A stretch of DNA of 64,000 bases, taken from assembly GCF_052425735.1 (NCBI RefSeq), contig NC_135769.1:15376001-15440000 (forward strand), written 5' to 3'. The position numbers and the translations under genes are program-made. The DNA is from Oculina patagonica. Its lineage: Eukaryota. Below, in pieces: positions 36,905 through 49,726 of this stretch; the stretch's first letter is position 1, and each line of letters opens with the position of its first letter. Below the pieces are notes generated by a model that did no database searches, was not told where the DNA came from, and worked only from the letters and a program-made list of their open reading frames with translations.

Positions 36905-37905
36905 TTTGATAACAAAGTACAAACCCTTTGGTCTGTTGAAATATACTCTCCTTAGATATCATTCTAACAAGAAAGCTTCCCAACTTAATGGACCTGCCAG
37001 TGGTATGAGATAAGGAATCGTGAATCTTATTGCTAACATGTGCTTTAACCAGCGCATGCGTACATCACAGATTTAGTAACGCGAGAAAACGAATTGTAAC
37101 GGGCCGCAGTTAGAGATAATACAGCCGTGAATATCTGAACTTAATTAGGTTTCAAAACTATTTACAACTTTGTATTTCTTCTTTCATTTTTGAAATTGTT
37201 TTCTTTCGGCTAATTACATAACAGTGCTAGAAACGAGCGACCCTAGAAAGTTTCGATTTGAAGTCCGAAAATATCGGACTTCCAGTTGAATTCCCATGCC
37301 TAGCTGTCAAAAAACAACGAACTATTTGGTGTTTAACTTTCGGCCATTTTTATTGTTTTTCAAGCCAATCAGATTCGATCCTGCAGCGGAACTTTCGAGA
37401 GTCGCTCTTTTTGTAAAGCTTGCGCAGTAAGCTAGAGGTCCTCTGGTTGCAATTGCAATAAAAATCAACGCTGAAAGTACGTGTTGTAAATTACTGCGAA
37501 TGTGGGTAAATGTACTAATCTGACCAGGCGTTACTGTTATAACGTTAAACACAACTTGAATAACCTGATCACCTGAAGCCTTCCGAACATTACCAAACAC
37601 CAAAAGAAATCATACTGAAATCATCCGATTACGTCAGAAGATTGACCGAAGACTTTCGAAGATTAACGAAGATCACCTTAAGTATTTCGTGGAAATGACT
37701 GCCCTAAAGTTAAGGTTCGGGTTAGAACACACACGGGTACCACACTACTTGGGAAGTGACGGATCGAAAAAGGAAAGCATTACAAGGATTTATTTCACTA
37801 AGAAAAAAGGTGAAGATATCGAAGACGTCAAGTGTGCTGACGAGTACCGTGAGTTACTCAAAATATAAAAAGTTGCCAAAAGTTTGCCGAGCAACTTGTG
37901 GACAG

Positions 37906-37991
37906 CCCTAACCCTAACCCTAGCTACTATCCCTAGCTACTATCCCTAGCTACTATCCCTAGCTACTATCCCTAGCTACTATCCCTAGCTG
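37906..37991. repeat. (CCCTAA)2 followed by a 13-bp minisatellite (CCCTAGCTACTAT), about 5.5 units
   Basis: Directly visible in the sequence. Confidence 0.9.
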
Positions 37992-38817
37992 CTAATCCTC
38001 ACCTTTTTTGCCATACTGCACAGATCCCGAATGTTTTGCATTTGCTTACATCATTCCAATGGGAATGGTTGATTGCTTGCTATTTAGCAAATGACTCCAA
38101 ATACATGCTAATTTCCCTTTTAACGATAGGAGTTTTAAGCATTTTCATGCAATTTCACTGCAACAGAAGTATCTAGATAACAGTTTAAGGCCAAAATTTC
38201 TTAATAACAAGGATTATTTTCTGAGAAAACTCATGAAGTTGTCGATTACCTTATGTTTGCTGACGAGTTTGTGAGGTTCTGGTGCTGAATAGGCCGAAAG
38301 CTACAACATTTCCTCGGAAATCTTCGACAAACTTCTTAAATCTTCAGAAAAGTTCGAAAAATGTTCGCCAAGAAACGATCGCATGGCCCTCGAACAGCAC
38401 TCGGACAGTCTTCAGAAATCTTTGATCTAGAAATAGGCTAGAAATTGTTCAGAATGCAAAAAGTTGCTCAAACACCCGTGGCAGCACACAGGGCACCCAT
38501 GGTGTAACGCATCAAGAGAGGCATGGGGAATCCGACAGGGAAATCAAGGAGAATGCAGGAGGGAATGCACCTGGGAGACATGGCACTACATAGGGGGGTA
38601 TGTTGTCGACCCAGGGTTTGGTGTTAGCCCATGTAAGTGTCAGCCAAGATGTGTTGTTTACCAAGGTTGCGTATTGGACTTAACTGGGTGTCGGCACAAT
38701 GTTAGCTGGGGTTAGAATTAAACAAATTGACATGTGCGATCAGCCTGTTTAGTACATCTTTTCTAATATTTTCTACATATGACATTGAATCGTGCTTTCA
38801 GTAATACTTATTTATGC

Positions 38818-38963
38818 TTAAAAATAAAACTTAAGGTAAAAGCTGTTAAAATTGATGCTAAACGTTTTCGATCTGTTCGATCATCATCATATGATGATGA
38901 TCGAACAGATCGAAAACGTTTAGCATCAATTTTAACAGCTTTTACCTTAAGTTTTATTTTTAA
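38818..38963. repeat. Perfect 146-bp spacer-less palindrome
   Basis: 73-bp arms that are exact reverse complements about the centre 38890|38891 (TCATCATCAT|ATGATGATGA). Confidence 0.95.
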
Positions 38964-39154
38964 CCTTTTATCGGCGAAATGTATATTTATTTATGCTTAT
39001 TTCACGGAAGGGAAAAGGCGATCATACGGACACATTTTTATCTCACTTACAGCTATCAATGCTATTGTACTTTATCATTACGAAATCACTGATTTGTCCG
39101 GCCTGATATAAGCTAAAGAAGTAATCTTAACCACCTAATGGAAAAGTCGCTGGT

Positions 39155-40080
39155 TTAACTTAACAAACAACAACATATTTGTTTCAGCGTGTCTTTGGCC
39201 GCTCGTCTAACTTCTCTCATCTTCCAACAATAAAGGATTGGGTTCAGAGTTGAGTTAAAGAATACAAGTGTTGATGCAAGTATCCAGGGCTCAAGGAATG
39301 AAGAAGTGGATCCTCTGAGAGCCATTGAGATTGTAACTATAACCAAAGGAAGGTAGCAAACAAGCAACGTAAAATGTACCCACAATGCACTGGACACTGT
39401 CTTTCTGTATCGCGCTATGTTCAATGGCTCATGTCCGTTTGGTTGTCCTTGGTGAACATGTTCTTGTATTTGAGCTTGATGATGAAGCAGCTTTAGATAA
39501 ATCTTAATGTAAGAGCAAGTAGAGAACATTATACATAATAGAACAGCTATAAAGATGTAACTGATGGTTATCTTCTTGCTCCAAAACACGATGGTCGCAA
39601 AGCCGACGCTCAGAATCCAACAACAGATAACGATCAGTCGAATACGCTTATCATGAAGTAACCACTTGTCTGTATCTCATGCCCAGTAACAGGGCGAGAA
39701 GTGCCTGTCTACGCTTATTGCGGTCAACGTAAACAAGGATATCAAGCATAAAACTTGTCCTGCAAAAAGCGTAAAGACTTCGACGTCCCGGCAAAGGTTC
39801 AAGCTTTTTTTAACCACAGTCATTAAAAATGTAACAAAGAGCGGCTCCAAGAAATCCCAACAAAGAAATCAGTGAGCGCCAGTGAACGTAACAAGATCTT
39901 GGAAGGTGGATGAAGGGACGACTCCTTGTTAAGGGCGACTAAGATCATAGTGTTTCCCAAGGTTGAAGTGATGGCCAGAAAAACATTTAAGCCGACTGCA
40001 ACAAAACTCAATACTTGTGTCTGCGTTAATTGAGGTGCCATGCAGATTCCATCTGCCTCTTTCGTGTGATCTGCTTCCAT
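39155..40080 (-). pseudogene. Full-length GPCR pseudogene with frameshifts
   Basis: Homologous from MEADHT... to ...ICCCLLS but frameshifted at about 39850 (end of TM2), with small indels at about 39703 (DR motif) and about 39650. Confidence 0.88.
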
Positions 40081-40860
40081 GAGTATTATTTTAACAGTTA
40101 TTGCGCTTAAAAGTCATCCTGAATGATAAATACAGCTTGACTACGCACGACTTTAAAGAAGTCATTTTGTTCGGAGGTTCACCCCATCATCCCTACACGG
40201 TGATATGACACCAATAGTGCGAGGCCGAGGCTCCCGGTAACCCAAAACCTAGGCGGTGTTCTGTTGGTCTTGAGGAACAAGATGGCAGAAAATGTGGTGG
40301 TTAGAACTGCTCTTCAACTTTCTTGGTTGAGGAAATTAGAGGGCTACAAACTTGTGTGAGGCAGCTGGCAGTAGCGTTCGCTGTTGATTTTGAGTAAGAG
40401 TTGTTTATAGTACCAAAAGTAATAAAATTGAACGACTGGCCTTTTGATGCAATTTCATGTTGATTTTTATCATTGGAGAGGCAACGAAATTATTGTTAAG
40501 GATAACCAATTATAAATCCTTCTTACAGCGGTTTACTCAGTTCCGTAAATAGATAACTTTGAATTGTGAACAGAAGTGGATTCCTCTGGCGTGAGTGTAA
40601 TTTACTTAGTGAAAAGAGATTTTTCGATATGAGACTTGATTCAAATCAAAATACGCAAGGGGCCGTAATATTTTCGTTTTAAAGGCTTTTCAGAACGGAT
40701 ATGCCATTTGTGAAATAACTTAATAAGATTTTTCTTTGTTTTCTTCTTTGTTTCTAATTCTGTGGCTTAGTTAATTAAAAATGACCGCTTAATTCTTAAA
40801 TATACAGGTGTAAGTTTGAATCAAGACGGAAAATTAATTTGTCTTTAAACAAATACATCT

Positions 40861-41310
40861 ATTTCTTGTGGTGTCTCTGCCACAAGGAGTCGCCTCTTTA
40901 TCCACCTTCTAAGATCCTGTTACGTTCACTGGCGCTCACTGACTTTTGTTACGATTTTCTAATGTACAACCGCGTTTTGTCACATTTAAAAGTACGAAAG
41001 CCGGAATCTTTGTTCATGGATTTTTATCAACGATAAGTGTAGGCAGACTTCTTGCCCTTCAGTGTTACTGAGCGTGAAATACACAGACAAGTCGTTACTT
41101 TCAAACTAGTTCAAGTGATTGTGAGCTGTTTCTAAATGGATGTTGTGCATTTGTTACCACGACGGCATTTTGGACCTACGAATAACTTTCATGTTATAGC
41201 TTCATGTATATTCTGTTATGCGTATTATTAATTTCAAATTGCAGTTTCATCAAAATCTGTCGCAAAATTCTTTGTCATAAAGCTCAAATACATGATGATG
41301 GTCATCTCGT
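40861..41310 (+). pseudogene. Strongly decayed GPCR remnant
   Basis: Recognisable [23 protein letters not shown] block, degraded DRLLAL/YRQVVTFK block (41030-41110) and FIKICRKILCHKAQIHD; multiple stops and indels. Confidence 0.8.
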
Positions 41311-42061
41311 TCAGATTTCAAAGGCTGGAACAGTAAAAAGTATAATAGTAAATCAGGACAAATTATCTATTAGACATTTCTTTGGTATCGGTGCATATTT
41401 TAAGCAATCATTTGCATGGCCATAGTCATAACCAGACCTTTGCCATAGACGAGGCGAGATCTTGCTAGTGCGTTCTGGGCGCATGCCTTCAAGAAAATTT
41501 TGAAATCTAGAAGCTACGAATCTCTTTCAGAGACATTTCGTGAGAAAAAATCAATCTTGTTCAACTGGGAATTATTTTCCCAGTTGTTTTTAATCTTGGG
41601 TACAAATTTAGACGAGGCAAGTGCCTCGTCTTGCCTCTTGCTAGCAATGGCCCTTATCATTTGTGTTCTGAAGTTTTATGCCAAATACAGCAACAACAAG
41701 TAATAGGGTTTTAGAATTAAAAAGTCTTCTAAGGTTGGCAAATTAAAGTCGGGAGAGTAACAAACAAAATGATAAAGTTATAGCCAGAACAAAAGGAACA
41801 AAGTTATAAGCGGACACTACTTTTTGTGGTGTGCCTTAAGACTGTAAAAAGATTTTCGAACATAAATAAATAAAGTGAATTCAGATTTAATTCTACATTC
41901 TTACGAATCAAGCAGATAATAGACCTTTCCCGCATCAATCCATTGTCCAATGAACAATGATTTCAAGATGAGTCTAAGGCCGGGATGGAAATAACTACAG
42001 TAAAAATATGAGAATTGCGCTTAATGCGGGAAAGGTCTCACTGTTCAGCTAAGCGTGCCTA

Positions 42062-42253
42062 ACAAAACATCATTTCAGCGAGTATTAACAGCTGTCATGA
42101 CCAAAAATATTAAAACAAAACCAATAAAGAGATAACATAACAGTGAATAATATTTGAAAAAACAGGTTTTTCACTGTAATGTTATCTCTTTATTGGTTTC
42201 GTTTGAATATTATTTTCATGACAGATGTTAATATTTTGTGAGATGGGTTTTGC
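42062..42253. repeat. Imperfect long inverted repeat (old MITE / hairpin) upstream of GPCR 42607
   Basis: TATTAACAGCTGTCATGA...AACCAATAAAGAGATAACAT..CAGTGAA is mirrored by TTCACTG..ATGTTATCTCTTTATTGGTT...TCATGACAGATGTTAATA. A small neighbouring TIR pair AGACCTTTCCCGCAT lies at about 41921-42038. Confidence 0.7.
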
Positions 42254-42606
42254 ATACGGATTAATCAACTGCGTTACTTAAAGATACCTCAATCGGCTTT
42301 CTCTAAACAGCATCAGCTGCAACGGTAACTTTACATTTTTTGCATATCTGGTTCCCTCTGGTCAACCTCCAGCCACAATAATTGCGTTTTAACGTAATAT
42401 TCGACACTGTATCCTGTAAACTACGTTTTTTAACCTAATTTTTCACTTACTGTACGTGCAAGACTTACAGGTCAGTCAGGAAGCCCGTATAGCCCCATAA
42501 CACTTTTCAATCAATCAACTTTCAATCAATCAACTTATTAAAAGAGGGAACGGCAACAGAAAAACTACTGACAAACAAGCGGCCCTCGGATTACTTTTAT
42601 GCTAAT

Positions 42607-43518
42607 ATGGAAGCTGATGGGAGCGCCAGCCTGAATATTTGCTCGCCACTCGTAATGGGCACACATGCATTTTGGTTTACCATAGTTCTTCATATTTCTC
42701 TCGCCATTACTTCAACCTTAGGTAATACTGTGATCTTGCTTGCCCTTAACAAGGAGTCGTCCCTTCATCCACCTTCCAAGATCTTGTTACGTTCACTGGC
42801 GCTCACTGATTTCTGCGTTGGGATTATTTTGGAGCCGCTTTTTGTCGCATCTTTTATGACGAAAAAATATGAAAGCTGGAATCTTTGTTACTTCTTCCAT
42901 GCTATTACTATTTTTACCGGTCAAGTGTTGTGTTTGGTTTCTTTGCTCACACTGACCGCAATAAGCGTGGACAGACTTCTCGCCCTGTTACTGGGCATGA
43001 GATACAGACAATGGGTTACTTTTAAGCGCGTACTAGTGATTGTGATCTGTTTTTGGATTCTGGGCCTCGGCTTTGCCACTGCGGTGTTTTGGAATAAGAG
43101 GATAACCTTATATTATATCTTTGTAGTTGTTTTATTATGCGTTGTGGTCTCAACTTGCTGTTACATCAAGATTTATCAAAAGCTTCTTCGTCGTCAAGCT
43201 CAAATACAAGATCACGTTCAGCAAGGACAACCAAACGGAAATGAGCCATTGAACATATCGCGATACAGAAAGACAGTGTCCAGTGCATTGTGGATTAAGT
43301 TTTCAGTACTTGCATGTTACCTCCCTTTTGGTATAGTTACAGCTTCAATGGCAATCAGAGGAATGACCCCATCTCTTCTTGTCGCTTGGACACTTTCAGC
43401 AACGCTTATGTTCTTTAACTCAACTCTTAACCCAATCCTCTATTGTTGGAAGATCAGAGAAGTAAGACGAGCGGCGATGGAAACTATTAGACAGATGTTG
43501 TGTTGCTTATCGAGCTAG
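42607..43518 (+). CDS. Intronless class A GPCR paralog, 303 aa
   Basis: Intact ORF with all family motifs. Confidence 0.92.
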   Translation: MEADGSASLNICSPLVMGTHAFWFTIVLHISLAITSTLGNTVILLALNKESSLHPPSKILLRSLALTDFCVGIILEPLFVASFMTKKYESWNLCYFFHAITIFTGQVLCLVSLLTLTAISVDRLLALLLGMRYRQWVTFKRVLVIVICFWILGLGFATAVFWNKRITLYYIFVVVLLCVVVSTCCYIKIYQKLLRRQAQIQDHVQQGQPNGNEPLNISRYRKTVSSALWIKFSVLACYLPFGIVTASMAIRGMTPSLLVAWTLSATLMFFNSTLNPILYCWKIREVRRAAMETIRQMLCCLSS

Positions 43519-44863
43519 AGCTGGCTGATATTACTTTGTACTCTGTGTTTTAGCGCTTCCAGTCTTATAAGTATTTAAAGATTAGACTAGCACAGAAAAT
43601 GTGGGATGATCATTTTTTGGTGAGCGCAATTCGCTTTAAGCCGTGAAGGTTTAATTGAGAGGGAATTTATCAAAGCAGGCGGTGGGGCAGTGAGGGAGAG
43701 GGAAAATATCACCACACTGTTTTGCTAACGAATCAAAAATAAACGGACAATAACGTTTCAGGAATAATTAATATTTGTCTGTTTTGGACTCCGTCTTGAA
43801 GCAGTTGTCAACTGATAATTCTTCCAGGGAATAAAGAAAGTAATAAAGTTGCATGCTCTTCAAATATTTATGTTTCAGTCGTCACATTTTCTTTTCGTAA
43901 TGACAAGTCGGGGGATATAAAGTATATTTGCATTCATTTATTTTTCTAAACTCTTCAAAACTGTCACAAGTCAGTAGTAAGTAAATTTTAATTTACTACT
44001 CTCTGTGGGATAGATGAAAATAGATTGAAAACACACGGATATAATAAACAGCGGACGCAACTGCAAGCTGCTTCATTCACACGAATTTCTATAAACTATA
44101 AATAATATATTAAAAAAGCTGCTGGATAAACCAATATATAACAGGATAACGTTGTTTTCCCAAGTGAGGAACAAAACAATTCTACTAGTAGCTCGGTTCC
44201 AATATAAATTGACTTTTTTAAGAAATTGTATGAAATTTCTCGTGAGACAACAGCAGTAAGAGTGCAAATCCAGCCAAACACCGCTTCACTGCTTGATCAT
44301 CTCAAGCAAACAAGGTACATTCATTTATATTTAGAAATAATTTCAAGCTGTCAAAAAATAATTATTAAGTTAATAGCTAGGCTGTCAGTGAGAAAGAGGA
44401 GCTGTCCATGAACTCCGTTATCCACAAATACTGAATACGGCTCCATTATATAACCAACAAATATAATGCATTCTCTCAGTCAATAAGAGCTGAACAATTG
44501 TTCGTTGTATGACAAACAATGTTAATAATTTCGTTGGCATCAAAATGATAACATCCGACTGCCATCCAATCCTTTTGAAAAAACTAATAATACAGATGTA
44601 TTATCACTAAAACATTACTTTCAATTCAACTTATAATAAATTAAGACACGCACAACCAAACTCGCGGATATGATAAAATCTAGACCGACAAGCAATTACG
44701 GACTACCCTGCTCACAGAGTGGTATTGATTTTTTATTTTTTTTTCTATATTTTTCAAGGCTCATCTCTTAAACTTCCCGTAAGCCTGATTTGCCCCAGTA
44801 CCTCACGTTCCTACGCCGACAGGACGGCTGTTCAATGACAGAAAAGAGTTTTAACTGTTGAAC

Positions 44864-45783
44864 ATGGAGGATGCCCGGGGAGATGGATACGGAGATCCAC
44901 TAAGGTTGCTTTGTACGCCATCTATAAGAGGATCCCAGGCATTGTGGTTTTTTATAATATAATCTTTAATATTTTCATCGCCATCACTTCAACCTTAGGT
45001 AATTCTGTGATCCTAGCTGCCCTTCACAAGGAGTCGTCCATTCATCCACCTTCCAAGATCTTGTTGCGTTCACTGGCGCTCACTGACTTCTTGGTTGGGA
45101 TACTCGTTGAACCACTTTTTGTCATGACTTTCATGACCGCAAAATACGAAAACCTGAATCTTTGTTATCACTTTTATGACGTTGGTATTTTTATCGGCCT
45201 ATTGTTGTTTTTTGTATCCTTGTTCACACTGACTGCAATAAGCGTGGACAGACTTCTCGCCCTGTTACTGGGCATAAGATACAGACAAGTGGTTACTTGT
45301 TTACGAGTTCTGTTGAGTGTGATCTGTTTTTGGACTCTAAGCTTTTGCCTTCTCCTCTCGGGGTTTCTGAGTTACAAAGTTATTTCATATTATAGCTCAA
45401 TAGCTATTCTCTTATGCTTAATAGTCTCAACTTGCTGTTATACAAAGATCTACTTTAAGCTCCTTCATCATCAAGCTCAAATACACGTTCGCCAAGGACA
45501 ACCAAACGGACATGCGCCATTGAACATAGCGCGATACAGAAAGACAGTGTACAGTGCATTGTGGATACAGTTTTCAGTTATAGCATGTTATCTTCCAACG
45601 GGTATAGTTTCAGTTTTAATGGCAGCCAAAGGATTTCATCCATCTCTCATCGTCCCTTGGGCATATTCAACAACATTTTTGTTCTCTAACTCAACTTTGA
45701 ACCCAATCCTTTACTGTTGGAAGATAAAAGAAGTGAGACGAGCGGCCATGGACATTTTTAAACAGATAATCTGTTGTTTATAA
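44864..45783 (+). pseudogene. GPCR with a single frameshift (5-bp duplication); probable young pseudogene or null allele
   Basis: The homologous N-terminus starts at ATG 44864 (MEDARGDGYGDPLRLLCTPSIRGSQALWFFII) and hits TAA at 44960-44962 because ATAAT is duplicated (44954-44958 and 44959-44963). The 44911 ORF starts at an out-of-frame TTG. Confidence 0.82.
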
Positions 45784-46671
45784 AGTGAGATGTTGTGGCT
45801 GCAATACCTAAAGGTTCATTTCAATTCTTACATTTTAGTATTTTTGTCTCTCAGTTTTCCTGGACTTTTCCTTTTTTATATTAACAGTTAAGTAGTCCAA
45901 ACGCCAAACAAATTTCTTTTCGTACATAAAATAATATAGGAAATAAGAATAGAAATCAAGCTAGCAGCACTTAATTCAAAAGTCAGGCAAACAAAAGAAA
46001 TTCTTATTGCATTTAGTAAGAATTTCAAGCTGACAGAAAATGATGGTTACATGAATAACTTGTCAGTGGGATATACACACACTTCATACACTCTATAGTC
46101 CTAATATGTCATAATGCATCCGCTCTTAGCCAATCAGAGTTCCGCAATTTTCGTCGTATAATAGCTCATACAGTACAATCTCGATTTCTCGAACCTCTAT
46201 GGGAAACGAAAATCGGTTCCAAAAACAACGATGTTAAAAATTACAGTGCTCCACTGAGTGAGCAAATCCGAGGGAAGCGACTTTTGGTTTGAGCTATTGG
46301 GAGGCTCGAGAAATCGACAATCCACTGATTTATAATTCCGTTGGCATTTAAATAATAACAACATCTTGCAATTCTTTCAAAAAATCATGTAAAAGACTGC
46401 ACTAGAGATTTCAATTTCGAATAATATTTTGCATTTTAAATTTAAACAGCACACTTACTGACAAAGATGTAATCAAATTAACTTCATACGAACAGGTGTG
46501 TTTAGACATTTGCCGTTTCGTGGCTTCAAACTTCCCGGGGTACAGTTTAGAACACAATCATTTGAAGCCACATCTCTTAAAATTCATCTGATTGCTATTT
46601 TTCACAGTATTTTATTTGCCTTTCCACGTGAGTATATTTCAGGACAGCTGCTTAGTGGCATAAATTATAAC

Positions 46672-47052
46672 ATGGAGATTGGCAAGGAGGTTATAAACTG
46701 CACGATTCAAGCGCTGCTTTGTGCGGTACCTTAAAGAGGAACCAGTGCATTATCAGAGGCGGATCCAGGGGAGGGGAAAGATCTTTCGAAAGCTCCTTCG
46801 TTCACCAAGGACAACCAAACGGACATGAGCCATTGAACATAGCGCGATATAGAAAGACAGTGTCCAGTGCATTGTGGGTACAGTTTACAGTTCTTGCTAT
46901 CTCCCTTTTGGTGTAGTTATAGCTTCATTTGCAGCCAGGGGATTTCCTCATATCTCTTATTGTCGCTTGGGCATATTCAACAACGATTATGTTCTTTAAC
47001 TCAACTTTGAACACAATCCTTTACTGTTGGAAGATGAGAGAAGTTAGACGAG
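46672..47052 (+). pseudogene. Internally deleted GPCR pseudogene
   Basis: N-terminus MEIGKEVINCTIQALLCAVP* is joined through a short insert to the ICL3-TM7 part (VHQGQPNGHEPLNIARYRKTVSSALW...NSTLNTILYCWKMREVRR); TM1-TM5 are missing. Confidence 0.88.
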
Positions 47053-47430
47053 TTTGAGAGGTACTGTCATGTGTGCTGTTTATACTGAATCACGAATGAT
47101 AAATATTAAGCTTGCATTTTTTAAAGTTAACGTTTTTTCATTTATGTCTTTATGTCCCTTAAACCCCCGCCACTTTAGTAAGAGAAATGGATTTGGATAA
47201 AAAACACCAGAAACATCAAAACATGAAAAGACTGAAAACAAATATGAATCAAAAACAGATGTCCTTCATTTGCTTCCATTTTAAGATTTGGTCAAAAACT
47301 ACGACTTTCCCTACAAAATATTTTTTAGAAAATAGATGCAGTGAGAATTTCCAGATTAAATTTTCTTTCTGTGTGTTATTCAGTTATCTAGTAGCTCTAA
47401 AATAAGTAACGAAAACATGAACACCGACTA

Positions 47431-48435
47431 CAGTATGTGGCCCTTGGTCAGGACGAAAAAGACGCGAACGTGTATTTCTCAGCTTAGAAGAAGAGTAGAG
47501 AGCTGAGATTTGTCCTATAAGTTACCGTGCCATCCAGCTAACTTGTGAAAAGACAACAGTTTCTGTGCTTACTCGATTACTCTGTAATATCGAAAACGGT
47601 GGTTCGGTTTGACGGCCCTTGGTCCGGACAGCGGGTCCTTGGTCCGGACAGCACGCGAAATTTACGCAACAATTGTTCAAAATCTAATCTAAAGAAGCTT
47701 CTTGCACATTTTTAATATGCTTTAGTGAAATTCAAAAAAAATGAAATAAAAATTTTAGGGAAGAGAGCTTTATTTCATCTCATCAAGAAGTACAGTGAAT
47801 ATAAACTATAACGCTTATCACACTGATAAGCGTGGTTTGCAAAGTTTGAATTAAAACTTCTCGTTTTAGTTTTACTGTTGTAAAATGAAGTTAATTATGC
47901 CTTAAACTCAAACGAAAGGTGTAAATTTTGTTAGACTCTTTTTCTTTCAGTATTATTTAGCTTGTCACCTTCAGAAGTTTGAAGTTTTATTTGGTTGCCG
48001 TCAGTGTCCGGACCAAGGACCTAGTCAGGAAAATTACTTAGAAATTTTAATTCGTTACTTTGGACGGAAACTCAAGCGGTCAATCAAATTTTTTCCACTA
48101 GTCGGAAAAATATTTCCTATACATCAATTCTACCAAAAACTACCTCTTTTGGTGTGCTCATTTTGGATGTACAGGAATGTAAAGAAAACCAGTTAATTTG
48201 AGGCGCCATGAACAAATAAACATCGCGAAAACAAACTTAACCTACCTTCACCTAGCCTTAAAATTCTCGACTTCACCGCCAACAGGAAAGCCTTCGAGCG
48301 AGGTTAAGACAGCAAACAGATCAAGAAATCTTTGGAAAGGTTTGGTTTTATAAAACTTTGTTTCCTATCGGAAAAATGCACGATGAACCGAAAGTGTCCG
48401 GACCAAGGGCTGTCCGGATTTAGGGCCACATACTG
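47431..48435. mobile_element. About 1-kb non-autonomous DNA transposon with TA flanks
   Basis: 14-bp TIR CAGTATGTGGCCCT...AGGGCCACATACTG, TA on both sides; subterminal CCTTGGTCCGGACA repeats in opposite orientations. Confidence 0.85.
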
Positions 48436-49726
48436 TAATTATCGCCCAGATTAGAATTATGAAAACAAGTGTATGAGACAAATGATGAATCAAGGCAAAC
48501 ATATGATAATAAGTGTGACCGAAAACATGCAATTTCAAACGAAGCGTTGAGTTTATTAAATATATTTTAGAGTAAACCTTGTCAGTAGTATATTAAAATG
48601 TTGTTGAATAAACCAATCCACAACACGGTAAAGTTTTCTTTTGGGACACATAAAAATAATTTTATTTGTAATTCAATCACAATATGATGTTCCTTTATTG
48701 CCGCCAGACAGATTCTTTCTAGAAAATAACACAGCAGAAAATAAAAGTAAAAATCAAACTAGCATCACTTAATTAAAAAGTTAGTGAAAAAAAATCTAAT
48801 AAACCTGTTAATAAGAATTTCAAGCGGTTTCATTAATAACTTGTCAGTGGGATAGACAAACATTTCATATACTCCATAGTCCTGTCAATATAGAAAACAA
48901 CATCCGCTCCTAGCCAATCCGAGTTCGGCAATTCTGGTCGTACAATAGCTCATACAGCCCATACAGTATAGAATGGTGATATTCGAACTTCCAAGAGAAA
49001 TGAAACTTTGTTCGAAAAAAACTCGAGGTTCGAGAAATCGGGACAAAACTACAGTGCTCCACTGAGCGAGCAAATCCAAGTAAAACGACTTTTGGTTTGA
49101 GCTATTGGGAGGCTCGAGAAATCGAGATTCCACTGATTTATAATTTCACTTAATTAAAAAAAATTTGTGAAAGAAATCCAATAAACCAGTTCGTTCTTAT
49201 CAAGCAAAAAAATCAATTCATCTCGCATTTATTAGCAAACTCAAGCTGAAAGAAAATAACGGATACATCAATATCAATAACCTATCAGTGGGCTAGACAA
49301 ACACCAGCTTTCCAATACAGAATATATGTGTAACAAGCAAATATTAAAATATAATGCATCAGTTCTGAGCCAATCAGTGTTCTGCAATTATTCGTCGTAT
49401 AATAACTTATACTAATAATTTCGTTGGCAGCAAATGATAAGAACTTCTGCTGTGTTATCCTGTCCCAAAAAAGCAAAATACAAACTACACTAAAAACTCT
49501 CAATCTCGAAATATATTTTGCATTTTTAATTAAAACAACACTTACAGTACACAAAGATGTAATAACGAGCAGGTGTGTTTAGACGTACGCCGTAGTGTGG
49601 CTTCAATCTCGCCGGAAAAGATTCAAATAAGCCACATCTCGTAAACTTCATCTGATCCCCATTTCTCACAGTATAATATTTGTCTTTCCATTTTAGTATA
49701 TTTCAGGACAACTAACTGAGCTCAAA

